Shown piece after piece: positions 28,414 through 39,728 of a stretch of DNA of 64,000 bases. The stretch spans positions 724,154 through 788,153 of the forward strand of contig RDEW01000023.1 of assembly GCA_011109175.1 (NCBI GenBank). Direction: 5' to 3'. The stretch is from Dicyema japonicum (taxonomy: Eukaryota; Animalia; Dicyemida). A program made the translations under genes and the position numbers. The stretch's first letter is position 1. Each line of letters begins with the position of its first letter. Below the pieces are notes generated by a model that saw only the letters and a list, made by a program, of their open reading frames with translations, was not told the DNA's origin and searched no databases.

Positions 28414-28659
28414 AAATTTGTATTTATTTTTCTACATCATATTTGATATTTCTGTTATTTTAAAGTAATAACCTTGGATTACCTGATGGTATGATATGTT
28501 CTCTTTCACTGTGAAAAACTATAAAAGCCTAGAATTTGTTGCCATCAAGTAAATATAAACAAGGCATTATCGTTTAGTAAGCTTGCAAAACTGTATAATA
28601 ATTTTGATAATAAAGGTAAGTAGTATAAATATAAACAATTTAACAAAATACATTATACT

Positions 28660-28825
28660 TGTACCTCCGCATGGGCAGGACATGAGCTTTATTTTGGAGT
28701 AAAGAACAGTTATTTCAAATAAATCATTAAAAGGTGCAAGGAATGTTCATAAACTTTGTTTTTTTGGTTTCGTGTGAGTCCTTGTAGGCAATCTAGTTTT
28801 ACAGTGAGGTATCATTGATTACGAT
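28660..28825 (-). mobile_element. Degenerate, headless copy of the SINE-like element
   Basis: ctccgcatgggcagga..caaggaatg..gtgtgagtcctt..acagtga..cattgattacg is collinear with 3685-3846. Confidence 0.5.
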
Positions 28826-28864
28826 TTCATTTGCTATTCCGTTAAATATTATTTTAGTTATTTA

Positions 28865-30171
28865 AAAACCAAGAATGTAGTGTAGGATTTGGTGTGTGAG
28901 ACCACTGGAACAATATGTCGAGGATAGAAAGGTCGGGAGGGAAAGTTCTAGTGACGTACTCCGATTCCTCCGTAGCGAAGAGGTAGTTTGCATTGGATCC
29001 AGCCAGTTTTATCAAAAGAAATGTTGCACGTTTCTTCAACGGAACTTTTAAAAAATTCATGTCCGTGACACATGGGGCTGTCCGTAGAAGTAAAATGAAT
29101 CGTTTCGTGAGGTGGAAATTCCTGAGTAAGAACAAAGCCATGTTGGAGTCCATGGTTTGTAAATTTGATGGAGTGATGTATTTTTTCTCTCCAGGAGAGC
29201 TGACACATTATTGCAGTGTAGGGAAGAGCTAAGAAAAATTGCATTTTCGAGTTGGGTAACCGAGACATAGCATCGTCGATGCTTCACAGTCGATATCCAA
29301 GGCGAAGAGCAGGGGGTCACTTTGTTGAACTCCGGTCTTGGATTCGACAATGAGTTGCCCGAATATCAGGGTACATGGGAAGCCGTATGCAAGTTTCACC
29401 ATCCTGCTGATTTCTGGGATCCTGGAGTTGCTAGCTTCTATGATTCTGTCTCTGCGGATTCTATTGAAAGCATTGCGGATGTCCAGTTTGACTATTATAG
29501 CATTCGTAGTGTCTGGTGGACTGGTAGCAAAGTTCCTGATTGATTTTATTACTGCTTCGTATCCATGAGGAATTCCAACCCCTAGTTGAGTGAGGCTCAG
29601 TTGGGGACTTAAAGTCTTGCTCGCTGCTCTGGCAGCAATTTTCGCCGTCAGGCGCCTGAATACGTTGCCTATAGCGATGGGTCTAAACCCACCACTAGGC
29701 TTTCTGAAGGTAATCAGTTTGGATGAAAAAGGAGTCCTCTGGCATAGTCGGAGATATCAGCCCAAAAAATGCGGTCTGTAAGGGTCTTCATTGAATTAAT
29801 GAGGGAGTTTTCCATATCGGCGGTAGTGGAAGAAATACGGTCTTTCATATAATTCGGACGTAGGCCATCCAATCCAGCACTGCTGTTTCCTCGGAAAGAA
29901 GAAATAGCAGATCTTATATCGTCTGTGGTGGTTGCCAAATGTGGGATGTACCTCCCAATTTCTGCCTCGCGTAGATCCGAGGGGGCGGGTGGATGTTTTT
30001 TTGGGTGATGAGCTTAAGGGTTTCTTTAGTTGATGAAAGAAACTTGTCATTGCTGCAGAGCGTACGCAAAGCACTCCGAATGTCCCCGACCATGACCTTC
30101 TTATTCACTTCTTTGAGTATGTTCGACTTGTCTTTCTTGATCCTGGACGATGAGGGCGGATGGTCAGCAAT
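28865..30171 (-). mobile_element. CRE-like retrotransposon RT region, inverted relative to the adjacent 3' part
   Basis: SSAGLDGLRP, GGFRPIAIGNVFRRL, QLGVGIPHG, DIRNAFN, GVQQSDP, QCKLPLRYGGIGVR. Confidence 0.85.
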
Positions 30172-31060
30172 CGAATCACTTCCAGTGCAGTCACACGCCA
30201 GATCCAACGCTATATTAACGTATCGGACGCTGAACCAGTGTTATGCATGGCTCAGGAAGTCTGGACGAGACTGGGTGTTGGATTCCCGAAGAACGCTAAT
30301 AAACAACGAGAATTGGACAAGCTTTTATGATCAAAGATCATAGAAGATATAAAACCTGTGCTTGATCAGCATCGTTTGGCTTGTCTGGCTTCTGCATCGA
30401 CGAACGAGAGTGGAGCCTAGCTCAGAGCTTCACCATGTACCTCACTTAAGACACTATTGGATGACGTCGCGACAAAGATTGGGGTTTCTATCCCCTCGGA
30501 ATGGACGTTTGCACGACCCATCGGTGTGGATGTGGAGGAATGGTTGACGCGAAAGGTCTTCACATTCTCTCCTGCCGAAGGAGTGCTGGAAGAAGTCTTA
30601 AACACGCTGCAATCAATGGAGCTATTGCTTGGGGATTTGAGGCTGCCGGATTTCCTGTCCAATTGGAGCCGCTTAAACTTGATCAAGCCAACCGAAAACC
30701 GAACGGAACCACTCTTTTTCCATGAAAGAGTTGTAGATACCTTGCCTGGGACGCCACCTGTGTCGATAGCCTCTTTTCCTCCAACCTCTCAACGACAGCA
30801 ACTGACCCAGGCTAAGCTTCGGAGAAGGCTGAGACCCTAAAGATAAAAAATACGCATGTCTTGGAGGACAATTCATTTTCGAACCATTGGCAATCGAAAC
30901 GACAGGAATAATTGGAAGCAGGTCACTGACCCTGCTAAACAGGATCGGCTCGCTCACTGCGAAGAAAAACGATAGGAGAGAAAGGAGCTGGTTCATTGAG
31001 CACATTTCCTTGCAAATCGTAAGGGGAAATGCTTTTCAATTATGAGAACAGCCAGTTGCT
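30172..31060 (+). mobile_element. CRE-like retrotransposon 3' part (CCHC plus RLE)
   Basis: CGCGGMVDAKGLHILSC..KHAAIN, RKPNGTT, WDATCVD, FEPLAIETTG, LQIVRGNA. Confidence 0.85.
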
Positions 31061-32054
31061 AACTGTTAGTTTTTGTGTTATAATAAACTGTTTTCCATTA
31101 AAAACCTAGAATTACTATTGAATTATGAAAATGTGACCATTGAGTGATCCCTCCCACTCTCAGCAACCACCTCATCTTCGTTCGGTATTTCTTGCGGGAT
31201 CGCACGAACTTTTTGTAGGCTCACACTACTCGCAGGTGTTCACATGTGATGAATCATATCCCCTTTCTCCCCAAGAGAGTCTCCAAGATGGTAGAGTCTA
31301 TCAAAGAGGACGAAAACATCTAGAGTTCCAATTATAGAGAATTGGAAGTCTTCATTTTTTAAGTGCTTTTTATGAGGTTTGTTTCTTAGATGGCGCAACG
31401 TAGCTGACGGTTGGTTCAATGTACTGAGTATATAGGAAACCTAACGTCAATTAAAAACTCTTTTATTGGCCGAGTAGCGCCTCTATGAGGTTATGTTTTT
31501 TTGGCAAAAGGGCAATGCGTTGCTCACACGTTGTAATGAGCATGTCAAATGCAACACCCAATATTTTAACTGTATTTTTGTTAATTCAGTCTTAGAAAAT
31601 AGTTGTAAATTTTTTATTCGCGACCCTTCTTCTCCATCCACGATCAAGTTCCCAACATATTTTTTTATTTGCTCAGAATATCCAAACAAAAAAATCTTTT
31701 TAGTGAGTAATTTTCTTGGGATTTATTGTAAAGATTTTTCTATGTTAATGGTCATTTGATGGCCCCGATTGGATTGTAGATCCTTCGGACTGATTCGAGT
31801 TAGAGTCGTGATGTGAGTTGCTGTTGAGAGACTTTTCTTAGCTCCTCTTTGAAAGGTATGTGAAGATATTGGCTGATCATTAAAATTAAATGTTACAGTC
31901 CAGAGCAGCGAGGTCAATGCTCAAAATACGAAAAAAATATTTTTTTCAGAAAACATTTTATTGGAAAATTATTAAAAATAAAAAAATAAAACTCATTATA
32001 TAATTTTTTTTTTGAGAATATCAATATCAAAAAATTTATTTAAGAAAGAAAATA

Positions 32055-32530
32055 TAGTAACGGTTATATAGAAGCTGCCCTGACTGCGTGGCTATTCCCT
32101 CTCAGGATGGCGAGCGAGATTTGCTCAAATAACAAGCAGCGCTCCGAGGGTCTCTTGTTCGTGCAGGGATCCGATTCCCTAGACGACTCAAGAATTCCAG
32201 CGTTGCAGGCGCAAGGGAACCAGACGTCTCAACGGTGAGTAAAACAAACAAAAAATCCTCGGACAGGAGCGCGTACTTTTCCCGTTTCATCTTCTCGGCC
32301 TTCTCAGCGGCAGAACAGGCTCCAGAGGCACTCTGGAGTAGGTTGCAAGAGACAAACGTGTCGTTGCAGGTGACGTCTCAGACAAGAGGTTTCCCGGCTT
32401 CAAAAAAGAAGATTGTCATCCCATCTGGTCGTTTCCCGTCCCGCCTGCAAAGGCCGACAGGTTCAAGCATGGAGGGGTGTCCGGCGGCGTCCAAAGCTCG
32501 CCTAACGACTTCGTTCAAGGCCATGTGTCT
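32055..32530 (-). mobile_element. CRE-like RLE/3' end fragment; close copies at 43140-43505 (-) and 39340-39560 (+)
   Basis: [28 protein letters not shown]; high nucleotide similarity among the copies. Confidence 0.8.
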
Positions 32531-33689
32531 GGGAGATCTTTATCATCCAGGAAGGTACCCAGAATTCCATTGGAAATATCAATTATAAAATATTGTTCTA
32601 GTGGGATTAACACGAGAAGCAATTGAAAAAATTAAGATTTTCAGTGAATCGGGATAACTAGATGAATTTATTGGCTGAAGAAAAAGAGCAAAAATCAAAC
32701 GATATGCTCAAAGTTTCAGTTTAAAAGAATCCACGGCTTACATCACTATAAATGGTCGAGAGTTGCGATTCTTTTGTATTTATTTATTATCCCCGGATAC
32801 ACCGAGAAAAAAGCTAAAGTAAACAACTAACTAAGTGCATCCAGTTTCCACTTCCACAGAAAGAGTCCACCCGGAATCAACATAAAGGGTAAAAGATATC
32901 CATACTTGCAGTTGTGGAAACCCCTCCGATGGAGTGGGGGAGAGCAAATGATCTTTTTTCGTGCCAGCCTGGCACTGGGCGCCACCTAGACAGGTGGATC
33001 ACGTGACACCACTCTAATAGGAAGAGAAAAGAGGAACAGACGATCAGACAGAAACTTGAACCAATTAGCCACGGAGCACCACATGGCGCCACGCGGCTAG
33101 TAAATAATTCTGAATTAAAAATAAATTTGTATATTTATATTTAAATTAGGCTCAACATAATCTAAAATCACTTTGGACGTTATAAATTATATAGTTTATT
33201 GTCATTTACCATTTACTGTGCAAGACGTAGTGAAGTGGCTACTGTGGTATATAAATGTGTTCATTGTCATGTAAATTATTAATTCTAGCAATTTTAGTCT
33301 AAACGAATGCTTGCGACTAAGCCAGTAATTACGCCTATTATCACCATGCTGTCCACGATACAACAAAACAAAGACCATTTGAAATTTTGTAGAAAATACC
33401 CCTTATATGACAAAATTTCAACGAAAAAATATACAGTAACGAATACCGAAGGAGAAATGATCACAATTCAAGATAATTAAGATAAAAAAATTTACACTAT
33501 AAATATAAGGCGGGTCAAAAAGATATGATAATTTTTTGGTTTGTGTTCTTTGAAAAAAATGTATCAAACACACCGCTGCATATATCTATTTTAAGTAAGC
33601 TGGCCGAATACTAAGGCTTCCTATGAGCAAAATACTAAATTGAAAATTAATCTATAAAGGAAAAGGAGTTAGCATGGGAATATGTTCTA

Positions 33690-34060
33690 TTTTAATGCTG
33701 CTCTACGTATCCAAGGCAATTGCTTTTGAGAATGGCGATTCCGACCCTCTGCATAATGTATTTTTATCGAGTCGAGGAGACCCTACCCTCTTCATTCCTC
33801 TATCGGAGTCGTTGTACCAGTTATCTAAAGAATGAATTCTCGCAAACGAATTTGGAATAATTGGTTGTCACAAATTCCATATTATTTGTTATGTGATGAC
33901 ATTGCTAATGGTATTTCAAGCAAGTTATTTCCCATCCTTCCAAAAGAAGATTCGTCAGGTCTTCAATCTTCATGTATCCTTCGGCAACTATAAATTTAGT
34001 GGTTTTCCAGCTAATCTCCATTGCCATCGTAAGAGACAACCTCAATTATTTCGGCAAGGA
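33690..34060 (-). mobile_element. Old CRE-like 3' fragment
   Basis: Terminal YIMQRVGIAILKSNC motif. Confidence 0.4.
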
Positions 34061-34229
34061 CCAATATATTAATTAAATGTCTTTTTAATTCCAGCAAGCT
34101 AATTTAATTAATTTAAAATTAATAAAAATTAAATTAAGGCATCTGAATGGCCATGCTATTTCCCCTAACAATAGCTTTTTAATTAACCCACTTTTTTAAC
34201 CAACAACGAAAATTTAATATTTAACAATC

Positions 34230-35600
34230 AATACCTTCTTCGCCTCCCTGCTGCCAGCCTCGTCAGGTAGGCTCGATTCTAGTTGCTGAAACAGCTTCTA
34301 GACCGCCTTGTCTAATTGAGCCTTCTGCTAATATAGCATATCCGGGCTCTGCCTCCTATACTCCAGTGTCAGGCTCTCTGTGGTCCGCTTTAATACAGTG
34401 GAATGTAGATAGGCCTGGAGATCCCACCCCCAACTGCTTCAGATAACCCTTTTGGTACTTTGTTGCAATTCCTTCCCGAGTCATTACTATTGGAATAACG
34501 AGAACCTTGCAACCAAGTATCAGCCCAATCTCTTTTGCAAGCAAATCATACTTTTTTTTTCTCCACCTCCACAGTCTGCAAACGATCTTGAGACGTAATG
34601 CCAACCTCTATGATAAAGATTTGGCCAGAATACTTATCGTGTACCACAATGTCCGGTCNTGTTGCAATTCCTTCCCGAGTCATTACTATTGGAATAACGA
34701 GAACCTTGCAACCAAGTATCAGCCCAATCTCTTTTGCAAGCAAATCATACTTTTATTTCTCCACCTCCACAGTCTGCAAACGATCTTGAGACGTAATGCC
34801 AACCTCTATGATAAAGATTTGGCCAGAATACTTATCGTGTACCACAATGTCCGGTCTAATGTGCTTGACTAGTATCGAGGTACGGATGACATTGTCTACC
34901 TTAATTTGGACCTTTATGTTCTCTACTACAGATTGCACCTTATGAGTCCGCAACTTTCTGGTGTGGCGAATACCATACTTATTGCATAGTAGAAGATGAA
35001 GACTCCTTACTACCTCGTTATGCCTCCACACATAGTCGTGGCAAAACATGGATCTGCTCCGAGTGCTAAATGATCAACCGACATGCTCCTTGACTTACAA
35101 TGGTGGTATGTATTTGTTGATCGACCCCAAAAAATATTGCGGTCTTGCATATACGTGTACAGCGCCTCCGATCGAGGTGAGTTGTCACCGTATTTTAGCC
35201 ATATTGTCCACGACTTAAGGTCGACATGTGGGTTGTCTAATGCTCTGAAGAAAACCTTATGAAGGCTTTTTAAGTTGATCACTTCCATCAAATTATTATA
35301 TTGTAATTCGATCAACGCCTTCACATTTACTAGGCCACCATCATCAACACCATACTTAGACAAAAAAAAAGGTCTGATAATGCCTAGGTGGGTTGCCCGT
35401 GTTTTCTCGGTCGTTATTATGGCGTGCTTCCTAGCAGACACACTTGACCCGGCTATCAGGTTCGGATATGAAAAGAATTATATTCATACCATCTGGTAAC
35501 GCAAGTGACCCTTATACATTTTTCCTTTCAGCATTTTTACCAACTCTAAGAGTTTTAACTCCGTCGAATCGAACGCACGATGCATGTTTAATAATAATAA
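34230..35600 (-). mobile_element. R4/Dong-like non-LTR element, RLE region joined to a putative 5' segment
   Basis: QDRNIF, CKSRSMSVDHL, RHNEVV, RPDIVVHDK..IIEVGIT..EK..KYDLLA; 35460-35600 resembles 39165-39300. Confidence 0.85.
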
Positions 35601-35649
35601 ATGTCTAATATCATCACCGGGTTAAAAGGAAAAAGAGAAAGTTCCCAAA

Positions 35650-36040
35650 CTAAATGACCCTAGGCTGACATGGGGGAGTTCCTATCCGATATGGACGAGA
35701 ATCCTGGATAGCTCTTCTAGCTATCTCGTATCTAGGACTGTTTTTAAGGTATTTGTTGATGCATTCATAAAGATTGTAGGTATCTTGTGTTGTCGTCTTA
35801 TCAAAACTGCTTCCAGAAGGGCGGACATAATGTTGCGGCCAATGAATCTTTGACAGCGTCTTGGTCAAGGCTGGTTGTACGAATTGCCGATAGACAACGA
35901 AAGGGACCCAGCGTTTCTTCTGTGGAGTTTTGAGATTATCTTCAGGATTATCAACATGTTTTGCGAATGAAATTCCTTGGTCAAACGTCATTACCAGGAT
36001 GGTTGATGTGGGGGTAAAAGGACACCGTTAATCGTGGTCT
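35650..36040 (-). mobile_element. LINE post-RT fragment
   Basis: INGVLLP..MTFDQGISFAKHVDN..VYRQFVQPAL matches the LGVTFD..F..HV / YK.F.RP.L tail of LINE RTs. Confidence 0.5.
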
Positions 36041-36049
36041 TAGGCCTCC

Positions 36050-37400
36050 TTGTATAACGTTGTCTTCAAGATGTAAAGAGGGTCACAAATGATTTTTTAG
36101 GTGACACCTCAAGACGTAGTCCTTCCAACCATTTGATTAAGGAATTAAGCCTGAACCATTTGAGATGCGAGTTCTTAGTCCCATGCAGCAATGACTATGT
36201 CGTCAGCATATGAATTGCTGAGACAGTTTTTGTCTGTGGGTTGTGGTAGTGATAATGGGGATCCTTGGAGCTCCCCATTTGAGAGAAATGCGTACTCGAT
36301 TTTACGTTGTTGTAGATTACTTGCCCACGACTTCTACTCAAAGTTAGAGAGTCATCTTTTTAGATTAGGGTGGATACCCGTTCAAAAATATCACATTTGT
36401 TAGAGACTTTCTTGAGACTGAATTAAATATTTTTGTAATCTAAGGGCTCCTTAATACCTCATTATGCCTCTACATAGTCGTGGTAGAGCATGGATCCTCA
36501 CCTATTGCAAAATGATCACCGATATGCACCTTGGCTTGCAATGGGGACATGTATTTGTTGATCGCTCCCAAAAATATTGTGGTCTTGCATATACGTGTAC
36601 AATACTTCTGATCGAGGTTATTCGACACCATATTTTAACCATGGTGTCGACGACTTAGGGCCAACGTGTGGGTTATGTCCAGGTTGTTAAATGCTCTGAA
36701 GAGGACTTTATGAAGGCTTTTTAAGTTGATCCTTTCATTAAATTATTATTTTGTAATTCGATCAACACCATACTTGGAAGACAAATAAGTTCTGATAGTA
36801 CTAGGTGAGTAACCTGTATTTTCACGGTCGTTATGATGGTCCCACATGACAGAAACACATGAATCAGCTATTAGGGTGTCGTGCATAATCGTAAGGATAC
36901 GCTCACATAGTTGGACAACACAGACCACGTGCGAATTTCTCTCAAGGGTAAATATAAACTCTATCGGTTGACAACATAATACTTTTTAGGCTCAAACTCT
37001 ACAATATCTATGTAGTAGTTTAGCAGCGGAGAGAATACTCATTTAATGTCAGGAACAAATTTAGAAAAGTCTTGCATAAAAACAAATCCATTCTACGAAT
37101 TTCTGCAGTAATTTGTCGCTTAATCAAAAAGACTTTGGAGTTTCGGTAACATCCGGATACTTATCTCCTTTTGGTTCCTCTAGGATTCTTATTAACTTGC
37201 TACATACTAGCTTGTCAGTCGCAGACTTCGGATAGTTTATTCTAGTCCTATACTCTTAAAGAACTCCATAGCACAGACCTCCTCAGCTGTTCGAGCATAC
37301 GTTTTCAAATCATCAATAAAGAGAAAGTAGTTTGTAGCAAAACCAACACTTTCACAATGAGCTGATATTACAAAATGTCATGTGTTTCGTCGATGAAGTG
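36050..37400 (-). mobile_element. Cluster of LINE fragments, mainly R4-like
   Basis: AYADDI (~36200); 36450-36840 homologous to 35005-35420; FLFIDDLK (~37320). Confidence 0.6.
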
Positions 37401-37764
37401 GTGACATTTGGAAGAAAAAAAGCTAAACTTTCACTATCCTTATTGGATAGACCTACAAGGAAGGACTATGTCGATGTGGAGATGTCGAGCCAAGGATAGT
37501 CAACTCTGAATTCTTGATAAGCTTCAGGCGAAAACTCGTCATTAATTTCTTCAATAAAATCTTGGGTCCATTTAGCATGTCGAAGACAGTTTATTATTGT
37601 TGTGCTATCCAGCTTTTTCCATGCTTGATAGGTAAAAATTATAGCATCCTTAAGGCTTATTTCTTCACATGCCTCGGTTTATGATTTTCCGAGTTCAATT
37701 TTGTCAGATTTTTTTAATTAAAAAAAATTATATAATAAGAAAATGGAAAAAATTATTTTTAAAA

Positions 37765-37825
37765 ATGCGGCGGATTCGAGAGGTGACGGATTCGAGAGAC
37801 GGCGGATTTGAGAGGGTTTACTGTA
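37765..37825. repeat. pogo/Tigger-like terminal inverted repeat with GGATTCGAGAG subrepeats
   Basis: GAGGGTTTACTG|TA end; related ends GAGAGTTTACTG|TA at 13434 and TA|CAGTAAACTCTC at 55850. Confidence 0.55.
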
Positions 37826-38169
37826 CTATCGAAATATCTAAAAACATGTAAAACATTTGAGCCGATGCCATTTTTGATCAGTACAAGATTCTCGATCCCG
37901 CCGGACACGTCCTCTCCCTTGTAATTCTGAAATCACTTAGTTAGTTGAGAACTTTTGTTTCTTTCTCTTTGATCCGATAACCTGGGGTAATAATAATAGC
38001 TCAAAAAGTTGATTGAGGAAGTAGTTCAATTGCTCCAAACAGATAACAAAGGGCAACGGAGACATGCAATGCCCCTATTAGGTTTTACCTCGCCTATCTG
38101 GTGCCGATTATAGTTCAAATGATCACTCCACCTATTCATCACAGCTTCCACAAAGCTGTTGAACCACAC

Positions 38170-39300
38170 ATGCAGACACAAACTCTGTATTCTACTAGGT
38201 AAGAATGATTAACTGAATCACAAGCCTTCTCACATCCGCATATTTTGACAAAAGTGAGTTTCCATGAGACATAAAAAGGCACTTGTTGATCAAAGCCTCC
38301 TCTTTTGTCCCCTGACAATTTTCTACAGTGATCAGCTGTATCATTTGTAGAAAGAACCTGACCTCGTTAGTCACTAATTTGGTCATCAGATTAGAAAATA
38401 TTTGCTTTAGGTTATCAGCCAATAATCTGCAGCAGTCCAGGAGTTGCATTGGAATACAATAAGTTGTCCCAGTGCATATCAAATGAAGAATTGTTTCCTG
38501 GTGTTTATTACTTTTCTGACACGACTCGTTTAATGAAGTGCATTTCAATAAAGAAATTATACATTCTATCTACCCCGGTCGTTTTCCAATATGGAAATTT
38601 CCTGCGTAAATCTAAAATTAAGATTCTTCCAATAAAGGAGCTGTGCTGTCCGGAAAAGTCCACGAATTTCCTCTGATTGATTTAGCCCCCCCCCCACATA
38701 TTCACACATGTGAAAAACATTTCCGCATCCTCCCGGGAATAACGATAACAAACTTTATTACCAAAGGAAAGTAAAGAGGGTATTTTTTAGGCTTCTTGTA
38801 GCACAAGTCTAGCCACATCTTGGACTTTTTTTCTGCAACCTCAGATCCCTCTCATAGTTTATTTCGCGCTGCTATGTATGATTCAAGGATCGCATCTCTT
38901 TCTTGAAAATTAGCCATTTTTTTCTCTGGTCCTTCCGAGGAGATGCACTTCCTCCATAATCATGCAGGCTGCAGTAAAACAATCTGCGATTAAATTAAAA
39001 CAGATTATTTTCTCTCCTTCTCTTAAATCGAATTTCACGGATATTGAGTTTCATTCTATACATCATTATTGCCTCCTCTAGCTCTACAAAGTATGACCAG
39101 TCATTCGAGGACATTCGTAGTACGTACCTGCAGTCCATTCTTTTTGGTTATTAGCCCAACGCTCTCGGATATGACGAGAATTATATCCTCACTATCTGGT
39201 AACGTAAGTAATCCTTCTTTTTCTCTCTTTCCGAATTTTTTTCTTTAATCAAGAAAGTTTTAGTTTTCAATCGATAGCACGTCGCATGAATTTTAAGAGA
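38170..39300 (-). mobile_element. R4-like element, N-terminal region to RT motif 2, degenerate
   Basis: CTGTTYCIP, CQGTKEEALINKCL, YADVRR. Confidence 0.7.
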
Positions 39301-39728
39301 GAATCAATAAGATTAAATTATATAATCTTCAAGAGAAACGGAGAAAGTACGCGGTTCTAACAATTGATTTTTTGTTTGTTCACTCGCCGTTGAACGTCTG
39401 GTTCCCTAGCGCCTGCAATGCTGGAATTCTTAAGTCGTCTAGGGAATCGGATTTCTACACGATTAGTAGATCCCCATGAACGCTGCTGGTTGTCAATGTC
39501 ACGAGCCATCTTGAGAGAAAATAGCTGTGCAGTCAGGACGGACACTACATGGCTATTTGCTCAAGAGTGAATATACTAAATATCGATTAAATTAATTATC
39601 GATCAAAATTAAATTTAACGAAAAAATGCGATTGTCACGCAAAGACTATTAAATACTAAATGACGCTAAGACACGGGCGACGCAGAGGTGATGGTGATAT
39701 TGTTATTCTATTTAGGCTTTGAAAAATC

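Noticed and set aside
32870-33100. GC-rich stretch with small hairpins as a possible ncRNA
   Set aside because: It translates to a CSCG zinc-finger-like remnant and shares a motif with ~14920-14945; better explained as a LINE 3' end
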